In this document: positions 24,985 to 37,315 of the stretch, in pieces
Layout of the letters: every line of letters begins with the position of its first letter
Numbering within the stretch: position 1 is the first letter of the stretch
NCBI GenBank assembly: GCA_951406725.2
Contig: OX597819.1
Location: 5,022,001 to 5,086,000, forward strand
Direction of reading: 5' to 3'
Origin: Octopus vulgaris
Taxonomy: Eukaryota
DNA length: 64,000 bases
Made by a program: the position numbers and the translations under genes
The notes under the pieces: generated by a model
Told to the model about the DNA's origin: nothing
Databases searched by the model: none
The model's input: the letters and a program-made list of their open reading frames with translations, nothing else

Positions 24985-26230
24985 TCGCTCTCTGTTGAGA
25001 ATTGGCACATCTCAATATCAACATTGTCACTCTGAGTGACTAACTGATGATGAACAGCTGAAGAAACATGGCAGTGGATTATGTCTTCTTTTGGAAGTGT
25101 GTGTGTGTGTAGGGGGGGAGAACATCAAGTAGGTGGTGTTTACAAAGTGTAGGATTTGTAGTGACTTTTGTGATAGTCATCAGTACATATAATCCCATAA
25201 TGAATGCAGACATAGAAGTTAAAAAGGAATTTTATACTCATTTAGATTGTGTTCTATTTAGAATATTAAAACCATACAAAACCATCTTACTGGACAATTT
25301 CAATGCCAGAGTTGGCAAACATTCAAACCTCTGAAATAATGCAGCTGGAAAAGAAGGCATAAGAAGGGCTAACTCAAATGGCAATCTGTTTCCAAATGAA
25401 TGTGAAAAATACGGCAAGCTGGCAGAAACATTGGCATGCCGAGCGAAATGCTTAGTGGTATTTGATCTGCCACTACGTTCTGAGTTCAAATTCCGCCGAG
25501 GTCGACTTTGCCTTTCATCCTTTCGGGGTCGGTTAAATAAGTACCAGTTATGCACTGGGGGTCGATATAATCGACTTAACACGTTTGTCTTTCCTTGTTT
25601 GTCCCCTCTGTGTTTAGCCCCTTGTGGGTAGTAAAGAAATAGGTATTTGATCTGCTACTACGTTCTGAGTTCAAATTCCGCCGAGGTCAACTTTGCCTTT
25701 CATCCTTTCGGGGTTGGTTAAATAAGTACCAGTTATGCACTGGGGTCGATATAATTGACTTAATCCGTATGTCTGTGCCTTCTGTTTGTAGCCCTTTGTG
25801 GGCAGTACAGAAATAAATGTGAAAAATACGATTTAGTAATTACCAACTCATTATTCCAACAAGAAACATGTACAAGGGTTTCTGACAACATCTCTGATCA
25901 AATCACTAGTATATGATTAATTATGTTATCATGCAGTTCCACAATCACAAGGACCTGCATATATTGTGTTACAATAGAAGCTGATGCTTGCTGGACAGAC
26001 TATCACATGATTTAACACGACAATTCAAATTGCTCCAAGGAAATGTTGACAGCAGAAATATTTCCTGTAGAAAATCAATACTACGTTTCTCAGTGTCTAG
26101 ATGAAAAACTGCCTTGCAGCAGTGTGGAATATTGCACATATGTTGTGCTCTAAAGGCAGGTGTATCTGCAGGTTGTCAGGAAGCCTTGAGTTTTATGACA
26201 GAAAATAGCAAGACTGGTTTGACAAAAAAA
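24985..26230 (+). pseudogene. Heavily decayed RTE apurinic endonuclease region
   Basis: Fragments read ELAHLNINIVTLS, ILLDNFNARVGK, ANSNGNL and CEKYDLVITNSLFQQ across stops and frameshifts; interrupted by SINE-B. Confidence 0.6.
25414..25815 (+). mobile_element. SINE-B, partial tandem dimer, with 15-bp TSD
   Basis: TSD aatgtgaaaaatacg at 25399-25413 and 25816-25830; B box gagttcaaattcc; central gcctttcatcctttcggggtcg...aagtaccag (Meta-SINE-like domain from memory); second unit starts ~25642. Confidence 0.9.
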
Positions 26231-26649
26231 TAATACTTGAATTAAGTAGCTGAAAGAATATAGCTTTTCATGTCTATCAAAATGGCAAGACTAATTAGCA
26301 TAAATGATTAAGAAACTCACTTTACAATCATGAGGCCTTGGGTTTGATTCCATTGCATGGAATCTTAGCTCAGGTTGACTCAGTCCTTGCCGGTAAAGTT
26401 GGGTAGGTAGAAATTGCAAGCTAGCCTGTTGCACATACTATACTTGTAATCCAAAACTTCACAATTGTCACATAATCAATCTGACAGTTCTGTGGAATAC
26501 CCAGTTACTTGTGTGTTAGTTTAACAAATAAATAATTCAGTTTATATGCTCTGTTGTCTTGAGCATGATACCAGGATAATGCTAGTGACAGAATGTTGAG
26601 CCTGAGACTGGTCAGCTGTCTGACACTATATTCAGCTTTCTGTGGTTAT

Positions 26650-27023
26650 CTTTTATCTTTTACTTGTTTCAGTCATTAGATTGTGGCCATGCTGGGGCAC
26701 CACCTTTAAGAATTGTTAGTCAAATATATCTACTCCAGCACTTTTTTTTTTTCAAGCCTGGTACTTATTCTATTGGTCTCTTTTGCTGAAGTTACGGGAA
26801 CATAAGCACACCAACATCGGCTGTCAAGTGTTGGTGGGGGACAAACAAAGACACACACACACTACAGGCTTCTTTCAGTTTCCATTTGCCAAATCCACTC
26901 ACTAGGCTTTGGTCAGTGCAAGGCTACAGTAGAAGATACTTGCCAAGGTGCTACACAGTGGGACTGAACCTGGAATCATGTGGTTGGGAAGTAAGCTTCT
27001 TATCACACAGTCATGCCTGCACC
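26650..27023 (-). mobile_element. SINE-A, near full length
   Basis: ttttacttgtttcagtcattag ... cacacagtcatgcctgcacc. Confidence 0.85.
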
Positions 27024-29010
27024 TAATCTTATTTTTTTAGGCTTTCGGTATTATTGAATAGTGAATCTCAAATTTTATTTCCGCTGAAGAATAGTCATTC
27101 TATCATGTCTACCCATGATCAACCCCATTCCTTTAGATTTATCCTCAGAAATATCTCTTCAAAACTGAATATCTGTAATATATTATACTTTGCCCTAAAA
27201 TTCTGATGCCCAAATTTAATTCAGGCCAACTTCAGCTAAATCAAATCCACTTATAACATTGCATGTCATTTACATGTTACTAAAAAAAAAAAGAAGAAGA
27301 ATTACAAATCAGTATTCCCTCAAGTAGCTTTAAAGACGATGCCCAAATATCAGCAGCCTTACAACAGTGGAATTATGGAACAGTTTGTCTTGAAGGAGAA
27401 TGATTTGGTGGGAAAATGCTGAGAAACTGTTAAAGTGGTCATCAATAACAACACTTTACAGTAAAGTGAAACTGCACTTGGAGTTAATAGAAGTTCCAAC
27501 ACCTTGTGTACCTGCAGTTTGTCTATTGTCATTGTGGTGCCCCAGCATGGCCACATTCAAATTATTGAAACATGTGAAAGAATAAAATCAATTGTTTTAT
27601 TGTTATTGTGAGAATGAATCTTGGAGCCATGGGCCAAAAGATATTGTGGATTTCCTAAGAATATTATTTAGCCATTGGCGTAGTAATTAGTGTGTAACCC
27701 CTATGTTACACAATTACAAACATATCCATTTCATATTTCGAATACAGTAATATTTGGAAATCACTTTTCTGCAAGTATAAGATTCCTGTAGTTATATGCA
27801 AAGTAATGTCAATAAATTGATTACAACCTTCATGGGACTGCTGTTGTAGGAATCAGTTATTAAGTTGTTTGGTTTATCTCAAATCCTCTATAAATGGAGG
27901 TGTAGGATTTGAAAGATTCTTTTAAAAAGCCCTTCACATTAGTCATTAACAAGTCAACAAACATATCTTGCTCTATTCTTTTTCAACTCTTCTGATATAT
28001 TCTATAAGTAAACCAGTGCATACAAGCTATGCATTTTGACTGTAAAAAGCAGACAACTAAAACTCGTTTGGTTGGTTTGCACAGCCAAGGCTGTATGTAC
28101 TTACAGGGGTTACTTGCAAAAATGAAGGCTTGAATTAGATATTACAAGCCAAAATATATTTCTCCTGCTGATTTTTTTTTTATCATTCTCTCTTGTTATA
28201 TGTTCATGCACCATACTTTTAAGGTGATTTTTACATTTTTTTGCTGTGTTTGTTACCACTTTGGTAATCTTATTTGAAACCTGTCTACCTTTAATCTTTG
28301 CATACCTACTGTTAATTGAATATGTAGCATGCATTACAATCACTTTTATCTCTGTAACTGCCTGAAACAAGTGCAGGTAAAACACCTTATAGTATTTATA
28401 AGCTATGACTAAGGGTAGTCAGCTTTTACATTCTCAGTTAAAAGTCACGCCAGGTTGATAAAGTACCTATCAAGTTCTCAACCTGGTTCACTCCCAAATT
28501 TTGTTGCTTTGTATTTTTGGTGGTGGAGGTGTTGGTGGGAAATAATAATTGGTTTTATTTTTTCAGTTTACATAGGTTAAGAAGGTATGCTTTGCATGCA
28601 TGTAGTTTCAGGCTTGGTCCCACTTTGTGACACTTTGAGAAAGTGTCTTCTAATATAGTTTCAGGCTGACCAATGCCTTGAGTAAATTTGTTAGATGGAA
28701 ACTGTGTGGAAGCCCTACACACACACACGTGCTCCTTACCATGGCTTAACAACTGGTGTTGATCTGTTTACATCTCTGTAACCTAGTGGTTCAACAGAAA
28801 CGACTGATAGAATTAGTATTAGACTTTAAAATAAGTAGTGGAGTTGATTTGTTTGACTACACCCTTCAAGATGTTGCCTTAGTGTTGTCACAGTTCAGTG
28901 GTTAAAACAAGCTCAATTCTGACTGAGTCAAGCTGTGATCAAAGCCATGATCATTCCATCTTTTTGGGGTGGGGTGAAGGGGAGTCTAAAGTGATTGGTT
29001 TATCTATACA

Positions 29011-29416
29011 CTAGCAGTATAGCCCGGCATTGCTCAGGTTTGTTTTCTTTTTGACCCTTTAGAAGTGGAATTTTTGAAAAGTAAAAATTTTGCCTTATGT
29101 AACTTGTTATTCTCTTTAAGTGAACATTTTTCTGGTTGAAATACACCGAAAAATGGCAACACAGCAGTCAAAAAAATTGTAAAAATAGGGATTTTCATAG
29201 GAAAAAAAAAGCACCTTTTTTTATGTAAATAATTTTTGGTCTTAACATGGTCCGATTTGAATTTTTTCTTCTACGGAAGGAAGAGCAAGCCTTCTTCTAT
29301 CATACTCTCAATTTTGGTCAACTTGCGCTGCAGGAGCACAGAGGAGATAGTGTTAGTTGAAGGCTACCAAACTTGCCACACACACACACAGACAACTTCA
29401 GCTTTATATATATAGA
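29011..29416 (-). mobile_element. Non-autonomous Helitron
   Basis: Minus strand starts a|TCtatatatataaagc and ends with hairpin cctgagcaatgccggg then CTAG|t; A/T target, no TSD. Confidence 0.75.
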
Positions 29417-29765
29417 TTATCTTTTAAGATGGACTGTGATTTGAAGGAAATTTGGTTGCTGTGTGTTGTTGGTTGGGTGACTATATAGAGGTTTCATTAT
29501 TGGCTTATCAAAACTTCTGTTGTCTATAGTGACAAATCATATCTCTACATGTTGCCTGTTTACTGCTAGATAGACTCAACCAATAAGGAGGAATGTGATA
29601 CAGGTGATTGATTATGTTGATTAAGGTTTTTAAGCTAACAGCAGATAACAAATAAAGGTTAATTGGATGAATGAACTGAAAAGCTTATCTATAGTGAATG
29701 AGATCATTTCTTTGTTGGTTAGTCTAAAGTGTCAAATAGTGTTAGGATTTTCTAATACACTTCAG

Positions 29766-29808
29766 ATGGACAATGATTATAACATTTTGTGGTATGAACG
29801 AACTCTCG
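29766..29808 (+). other. Candidate 43-nt host exon
   Basis: ttttctaatacacttcAG|atggacaatgattataacattttgtggtatgaacgaactctcg|GTAAGT; branch-like ctaat; open as MDNDYNILWYERTL or WTMIITFCGMNELS; no protein recognised. Confidence 0.35.
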
Positions 29809-31155
29809 GTAAGTTTTTTTCATCTCCTCCTTTCTGCTTCAAAATTAGAAGTAATGTGGTATTTAGGCTGTGTGGTTAAGAAGCTTACTTTTTAACCAGT
29901 GAGTGTTAGGTTCAATCCCACTGCACAGCACCTTGAGCAAATGTCATCTACTGTTGCCCCACTCCCCAGGTTGACCAATGCCCTCTGATTGAATTTGGTA
30001 GATGTATGTGTTTGTGTTTTTTGTCCCCACCACCATTTGACAGTTGGTATTGGTTTGTTTACATCCCTGTAACTTAACTGTTTGGCAAAAAGATACTGAT
30101 AAAATATATACCAGACTTAAAAAAATTAATTCTGGAGTTGATTTGCTTGACTAAACCCTTCAAAGCAGTGCATCAACTGAAACAAGAAAATATAAAAGAT
30201 TGCTATTAAACAAGAATGTCTTTTTATGGTTTATTCAGAGGAGAAATGTTTGTGCCTCTGACCCTTTTAGAGGCCATTGGGACTGATAGGAGTCGCTCTA
30301 AGACTGGATCCTGGTCTGAATACTTGCAACAGAATGGACTCTGCTAAATGCATCCAAGGGTCAAATGTTAAACTAGGTGATAGATTAAGTCTGCTGTGTC
30401 AAAACTGAGATACTTTTCTGATGGTCTTCTACGTAGCTCTGTCTACCATGTTTCAGTTATGGGTTACTCTTTTACTTGTTTCAGTCAGTTGACTGCGGCC
30501 ATGCTGGAGCACCGCTTTTAGTCGAGCAAATCGACCCCGGGACTTATTCTTTGCAAGCCCAGTACTTATTCTATCGGTCTCTTTTGCCGAACCGCTAAGT
30601 GTTGATAGAAAACACTTTTCCAAGTGTTTTACAAAGGGATTGAACTGATAACCACGTAGTTGTGAACTTCTAAACCATTGCAACTTGAATGATCTTTTCT
30701 TTTAATGGAGCAGGCATGGTTGAAAGGTTAAGAAATTTGCTTTGCTCCCACTGCATGGCATCTTGTGCAAATATCTTCAATTATATATAGCTTTGTATCA
30801 ATCCAATCCTTGTGAGTGATATTGGGTATATGGAAACTGTATAATATGGTGCAATAAGCCAGTTTTGTTACACTCTGTGTCATGCTAATTCTACCTGAGG
30901 ATTACATTAAGGATACACAGAGCTGTGGAATACTTGGTCACTTAAATGCTAATGCAAGTAAGTAGTTCACCTGATTGAAGAACTGGAACACTCATTGTCA
31001 AAGCCATTGGAGGATCTGTCAAAACATGATTATTAACTTTGAAAATAAGAGTTCAAACTACACTTAATTCTCTAAGTAGTCTTTTTTCACTGGTAATTTT
31101 TACTCATTTATTACATATTTTCTCTCTTATATAAATTAAAACAGAAATTAATACT

Positions 31156-31465
31156 TTATTTACATTATTTACATTTGACGGATATTTGTCCTCATCGTGT
31201 TTGTTGTTAACACAACATTTCTGCTGATATACCCTCCAGCCTTCTTCAGGTGTCTTGGGGAAATTTTGAACCTGGGTTCTCATTCCTAAGGTATTTTTCG
31301 ATATTATTATTATTATTATTATTTGTTATTGTTCAGGTCACTGCTTGGAATTGAACTTGGAATCTTGGGGTTAGTAGCCCGCGCTCTTAACCACTACGCC
31401 ATATGCTCGTGGGCGTTTTTCCAACGGTTGTAATGGATCCTCTCATGAATGAGGGCATGTTCTGC
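31156..31465 (-). mobile_element. tRNA-head plus hammerhead-tail element, copy a
   Basis: Minus strand: tggcgtagtggttaagagcgcgggctactaaccccaagattccaagttcaattcc, (AAT)n, then gacacCTGAAGAaggctg...cagcaGAAAtgttgtgtt. Confidence 0.75.
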
Positions 31466-31600
31466 TTTTTATAATGACTGATGGTATTAGCTTTGAGTCT
31501 CTACATCTACATAGATGGTTTGAAAGACAAGCTAGTTTTTGATAGGGTTTCTCTATATGTCTCCACTGAAGTCTAATGTCTGTTCCGTACTGATTAGATA

Positions 31601-31864
31601 ATACAGTTTTATATTTAAGAGATGAGGAATTATTTACATTTGACGGATATTTGTCCTCATCTTGTTTTATTATTAACACAACGTTTCGGCTGATATACCC
31701 TCCTTCTTCAGGTGTCTTGGGGAAATTTCAAACCTGGGTTCTCATTCTTAAGGTATTTTTCGATGTTATTATTATTATTATTGTTCAGGTCACTGCTTGG
31801 AATTGAACTCAGAATCTTGGGGTTAGTAGTCCGCGCTCTTAACCACTATGCCATATGCCCATGG
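31601..31864 (-). mobile_element. tRNA-head plus hammerhead-tail element, copy b
   Basis: Same layout; retains cagccGAAACGTTgtgtt at 31675-31692 (minus). Confidence 0.75.
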
Positions 31865-31919
31865 TTTGAATATAATGACCCCAGTTGATTCACATAAAGC
31901 TAAAAGAGTAGCAGAAAGG

Positions 31920-32261
31920 GCAGGACATGCCCTCGTCCATGAGGGGATCCATTACAACTGTTGGAAAAAATAAAAAAGAAAAAAGCCCATGGGTGTATGG
32001 CATAGTGGTTAAGAGCACGGGCTATTAACCCCAAGATTCTGAGTTTGATTTCAAGCAGTGACCTGAGCACTAACAATAATAATAATAACATCGAAAAATA
32101 CCTTAGGAATGAGAACCCAGGTTTGAAATTTCCCCAAGACACCTGAAGAAGGCTGGGGGGTATATCAGCAGAAATGTGTTAACAACAAACAAGATGAGGA
32201 CAAATATCTGTGGAATGTAAATAATGTACATAATTCCTCAACTCTTAAATATAAAACTGTA
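31920..32261 (+). mobile_element. tRNA-head plus hammerhead-tail element, copy c (inverted relative to a and b)
   Basis: tggcatagtggttaagagc...gagtttgatttc, (AAT)n, gacacctgaagaaggctg...cagcagaaatgtgtt; upstream 31920-31968 is shared with copy a. Confidence 0.75.
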
Positions 32262-32480
32262 AAAATTAATACATACATAGACACACTTTTATAAGTGCTC
32301 TAGATTGAGATGTTTTATGATAAAATTGTATATGCTCTATGGGATTCATTTTACATATAAATAGATTACATATTTTTGTGACCAGGTACAAGGTCTATTA
32401 ACCGGCTGTTGATTAATGTTGTTGGTTACAAGGGAACTTGCATTTAAAAAATGAAAGCAATGAAGTTATGGCTCTTTTAA

Positions 32481-32696
32481 CCCATTAGCTTTTAGATTAC
32501 TGTTGAATGTAAAGCTTATTTATCCACATTGTTTTGAATTTATCATAGCTTATCTCATAACTGAGATTTTGATGACGTGATTGTTTATTTTTAGAATGAC
32601 ATTGTAGAGTAGGTGTGAGAAGGCTAAATCTGGTTAGTTTGAACTTAAAGCAGATGGAATATTGGGCTAGTTATGGCTGGTTTAAATGCTAAAAGA
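32481..32696. mobile_element. piggyBac-type MITE (diverged)
   Basis: TTAA|CCCATTAG...gctaaaaga|TTAA; interior matches 23528-23748. Confidence 0.7.
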
Positions 32697-33305
32697 TTAA
32701 ATAGATACATACATCATATATGGTTGTTTGGTATTTTCAAGTGATGTGGGGTTACAATCTTTGAATTATATGAACATAAGTAACGTATAAAATTTTTCTT
32801 TTTTTCAATATTGAGTTTATATGGAGAATATTAACTCAAATTTTACCACTGGTTGTGCATTTAGCCTTAGCTCAACTTATATTGTTCAGGCTATTCAGAT
32901 GTAGATGATATGTATGCTCTGTTTTGTTTGAATGAATGGTACTTATAAACAGCTGGTACAAATATCCAAATTTGCATACCCATGTAATACATATAAACTT
33001 GGATAAAAATTGAACATTAAATGGTCAAAACCTTGCTAATCTTTGTAGTTACCTTGGCTTATAAGGTTATATCTTCATTGTTGTAACATTGAAATTGAAA
33101 CAGATTCTGACTGCCATTCCTTGAAATGATTGTGCTTGAGATATATTTATTTGAAGTTTGTCTATGACTTCATAAGTGGCACTGGACAATTGTTCTGCTT
33201 CAAAGTGTATTATTAGAGGCATGTCTGTTGGATTTTTCTTTTTATACAATCTTACATCCATTTCTTTTTTAATGATAACTTAGGTACAATAGTTTTCAGA
33301 ATTAA

Positions 33306-33500
33306 CCCTTTCGTTACTATATTTATTTTGAGATGCTCTGTGTTTCTTCCAATTATTTTAAATATAACAAAGAATTTAGTAAAATATCTTCGTTATCATA
33401 AATTCTGACTAAGGTTTGGTGGAAGATTTTAATTCAGAACTTATAGAAACAAGACATTTATATTAAAGAGCCAGATTCAGCCGGGTTGGTAACAAAAGGG
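33306..33500. mobile_element. piggyBac-type MITE, second family
   Basis: TTAA|CCCTTTCGTTAC...GTAACAAAAGGG|TTAA; decayed relatives at ~19720-19940 and ~52800-53235. Confidence 0.85.
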
Positions 33501-34319
33501 TTAAAAAAGAAAAAGAAAACATATTGGAGTTATATTTACCTTTAAGTTGGACATTTTTCCTACCACTAACTGCTCACCTATTAAGATTAGAATCTGTTTG
33601 TCAGTCAAGTAACCTGTAGTAGCAAGATTTTCAATTTATGACAGTATGGTCATTAACTTAGCATACATAAGCAATAAGTTTTAGATATTAAATTAAGTAC
33701 TGCAAAAATTAAAGATTTTTTTCATCTTGTTTTTTAGTTCAAGAATTTCTGAAGCACATTTATTGTGCACCTGTTTCTATGACTTGTGACCTGGTACTGA
33801 GTAGAGAAATTGTTTCTGAGAAATAATTGGAAGAGTTCTGTTCAAAATTACAAGAAGGAAAAAATACATATATATTTGTTGTATCAAAAATTTTTGTAGC
33901 AAATTTTATAGCATCAGAACTGAATAAATACACAAATGTAATTGGGCTCAAGTTTGAAATAGTGTTCTTCACAATAATTCATCATGTTATCTGTGAATGA
34001 AGCATTGCCAGAAGTCAAGTTTTAATGGCTTATGTGTCAATGTGTACAAAAATATCAACATGTCAGATATTTTTTAGTAACAAAAGACAGGTGCACTGAA
34101 CTGTGGAGTGATTGTGAACCTGAAAATATCATGTCAGTTTTATTTCGTAAAGTATATTTAATCCTAAAAATGACTAAATTTTAGTTATTTTCAGCATTAA
34201 GCCAACATAAAAAAAAGAAGAATGCATCTCTTTTAAACATGTGACCTGTTTACATAAATGTTGCAAACGAATGGTCTGTTTTAAAGAAATAACCCATTTA
34301 GACAAATGACTTGTTTTAA

Positions 34320-35623
34320 CCCTTTAGCATTTAGATCAGCCATATCTGCCCCAAATATTCTACCTGCTTTATACACACAACAGCCAGATGCTGCTCTTAT
34401 ACAATGCCATTCTAAAAATGAACAGGCATGGCTATGTGGTAAGAAGCTTGCTTCCCGCACACGCGCTTTGGTGTTGCTTATTACAGTGAACCGAGGTGGA
34501 CGTGAGTGTGTTGGCTCCGTCCAATATTGAACTGAAAGAATAAAGAATAGCAGCAGCATAAGCTCGTCAAGGTAGGTGGTTTTGTTTTCGTTTGAGCTGG
34601 GTGTAATTTGTCAAATAGTAATTGGTTGTGTGTTGATAAATTTCGCCCCGCTCCGTAGCAATTCTGCCTGCTGTCGGGGGGTGGGGTGGGCTGCTGTTTG
34701 TTGGTTTTTATATTGGAAAAAGAAAAAGGGGTTGTATCTTCGCCCGAACTTACTGGACTTTGCCATTGAAACTTGTTGGATTACCATTGAACCTATGAAG
34801 TTGGCCAGGAGTACCTGTTGGCCATTGATGTTTGCTGTGTGAACTGTTTTTCTTTTCTCTATCCTTCTGTTTCTTTTTCTTTCTTTTTGGAGCTGTTTTT
34901 GCGTTTCTTTTGAATTTTATTTTTATTCATATTTTTTGAACTGACTTGTTTATTTCTTTTTGGATTTGTAAATTCATTTGAACTTTCCTTCTTCTTTTGA
35001 ATTGACTTTTAAACATGGCAAATGCAAAAAGTGCCTTAGAATGGGAGGTGGTCCCACCTAAGCAATGGATTGAAAGCCTTGAGAAGAGGACGGTGGTACT
35101 ACGGACCTATTCTAGGTTGTGTGGTGCCATCGCATGGAGGCGGGATGGATCGAGAAGACCATCCGGCGAGGCCTGGGGGATAGCGGGCCCAGGCTATTGA
35201 GTGTGAAGATTACTCCCGTGGTCGACTGGGAGGGGTCAAAAGCAACTTTGACCCTGTGGACCCCGGTGGCCGTGGGAGACATGTTTCCAGATTTCCTAAA
35301 AATGGCCGGGTACAGGTACCCGGTGATACTTGAGGTACGCCCCCCCCCCCAAGTGTCACCTGTGTCTGGAGCCTGGCCATATCAAAAGGAACTGTCCAGG
35401 GGGCTGTGGTGGTGCCCTGGAGCATGAGAAAGAGAAGGTGCCTGCCGCCCCCTCATTGGAGGGGGAGACGGTGGAAGTCGTGGAGGAAGTTGCCTCCACG
35501 AAAAGAAAAAGAAAGGTGAGCAACAATGGCTGCTCACCAAAGAATGTTCAGGCGGCGGAGGAGGATATCTACAAGATAATGCATGATTCATTCAAAACAA
35601 TAAGAATGCAGAGGCATTAAGGG
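34320..35623. mobile_element. piggyBac MITE split by a SINE-A head and ORF1 element
   Basis: Left part ttaa|ccctttagcatt...tgccattctaaaaat (34320-34420); right part agataatgcatgattcattcaaaacaat...taaggg|tta (35567-35623). Confidence 0.7.
34457..35562 (+). mobile_element. ORF1-type retroelement, copy 3 (internal ~230-bp deletion, 3' end lost)
   Basis: Starts right after SINE head caggcatggctatgtggtaagaagcttgcttccc (34423-34456); ATG at 35015 MANAKSALEWEVVPPKQW...VVLRTYSRLCGAIA; KCHLCLEPGHIKRNCP in ORF 35330..35620; highly similar to copy 2. Confidence 0.85.
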
Positions 35624-36398
35624 TTAGAGGCAATTGCCTGCAGACTAATTACTTTTCACTGCTTAGTACATAAACATGTAGACATGCATAACTTAGAAGG
35701 AAAAGGTAAATATTAAATGACCAATCAATGGAAAGATGACTTTGATGTGAAAGCTCAGTAACAGTTAGATCAGAGAACCATTTTGTTTACTAAAACTTAA
35801 ATTAATTTTCTCTCATTAAAATTGTCTCTAGGTTTTAATTAAATTGGAATTAGAAATACCGAACATAACTTTCTAGAATTTTATCTAAATTTATCTGAGA
35901 TAATTACCCAGGGAAATATCTATAAGAGAATACACAGAATGTCAACATTCTGCAAATTCTTTCATTGAAATTTTGTTATGGTGGAATGTTTAAGCCACCA
36001 GCTGATTTATTAGTTTTCTGTTATCTTATTTTTTTCCTTTCTTTTTGTACTGTTTTCAGTCATTGGATTGTGGCCATACTGGACCCTCACCTTGAAGAGT
36101 TTAATTGAATATATCAATCCCATTACTTATTTTTAAGTCTGATACTTATTCTGTCTTGTTTACTGAACTGCTAAGTTACTGGGGCATAAACGAATCAACA
36201 TTGGTTATCAAGCAATGGTTGTGGGAATGGCACCCAGTTCACTCTTTAAGTGGTTGGTATTAGGCTATAACTGGATATAAATTATATGCTTAATATATAC
36301 CTATTGTTTTAAGGGAATTTCATTCCCCAACAATACTAGGTATTGAACCAGTATTTCCTTGGATGCAACCATCCCTTCACAAGGTAACATATCCTCTA

Positions 36399-36429
<31 letters not shown>

Positions 36430-36511
36430 GTCACACTTGTGCCATAGGCATAGGAGTGGGTGTGTGGTAAGTAGCTTGCTTACGAACCTCATGTTTTCGG
36501 GTTCAGTCTCA

Positions 36512-37262
36512 ACTCATGGCTCGCCACTTCATCCTACGTGGATATCCCTTCACCACTATCCACACCGCCCTTGCCAGAGCACGTTCCATGGACCGTGCAT
36601 CTGCTCTCTTCCCCTGAACCTGCCCTGCAGTCTCCCACCTCCATTTTCCCCTCACCTACCACCCCACCACCCTACCTCTCCAACACACCATTCTTCGAGC
36701 TTTCCGGCATCTCCAGTCTGACCCGTCCACTTCACACATCTTCCCTAACCGACCCCTCCCCTCCTTCAAACGAGCCCACAACCTACGAGACCTCTTGATC
36801 CACAGCTTCTTTCCCAACCTGGCTCGTTCCCCTGCTCCCGCCCATGCTGCCGCACTTGCCCTTACCTCTCCAACACCACCCTCCTCACTGGCACCCATCA
36901 TCGACCCTATCGCATCATCGACTCCTTCACCTGCATCTCCTGCTCTCTCTGCCATTTCCTGTACATTGGACAAACGGGACGCCGCTTGGCTGACCGGTTC
37001 ATGGAACACCTCTGAGACATCCGCCTCGGCAATGACACCCCGGTCTCACGCCATTTCCGCTCCACCAGTCACTCCTTGCAACACCGGTCTGTGTTCGGGT
37101 TTTCTCTCCTTGTTTCTCTCCTTGTTTTCTGTGTCCCTTTCTGTAGAAGAGCGTAGGCTCGAAACGTAAAATACTTTTTCTATTCCTGAGCGCTATACTA
37201 ATACATCTGTTTGTTTTGTACACCACCTGTCTTCGTCTTTTGTTTTTTTCGTAAACTCTCCC
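36512..37262 (+). mobile_element. Penelope-like element 3' part: linker, GIY-YIG endonuclease and pLTR with hammerhead-like core
   Basis: Reads MARHFILRGYP...FPLTYHP...PSFKRAHNLRDLLIHS...PCSRPCCRTCPY...CSLCHFLYIGQTGRRLADRFMEHL*DI...PVSRHF with stops, a frameshift and a deletion; the Cys-rich linker suggests Neptune type; follows a SINE-A head at ~36447-36511. Confidence 0.85.
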
Positions 37263-37315
37263 TATATATATATATATATATATATGTATAAGGGTGGAAA
37301 GGAACACACGAGTTG

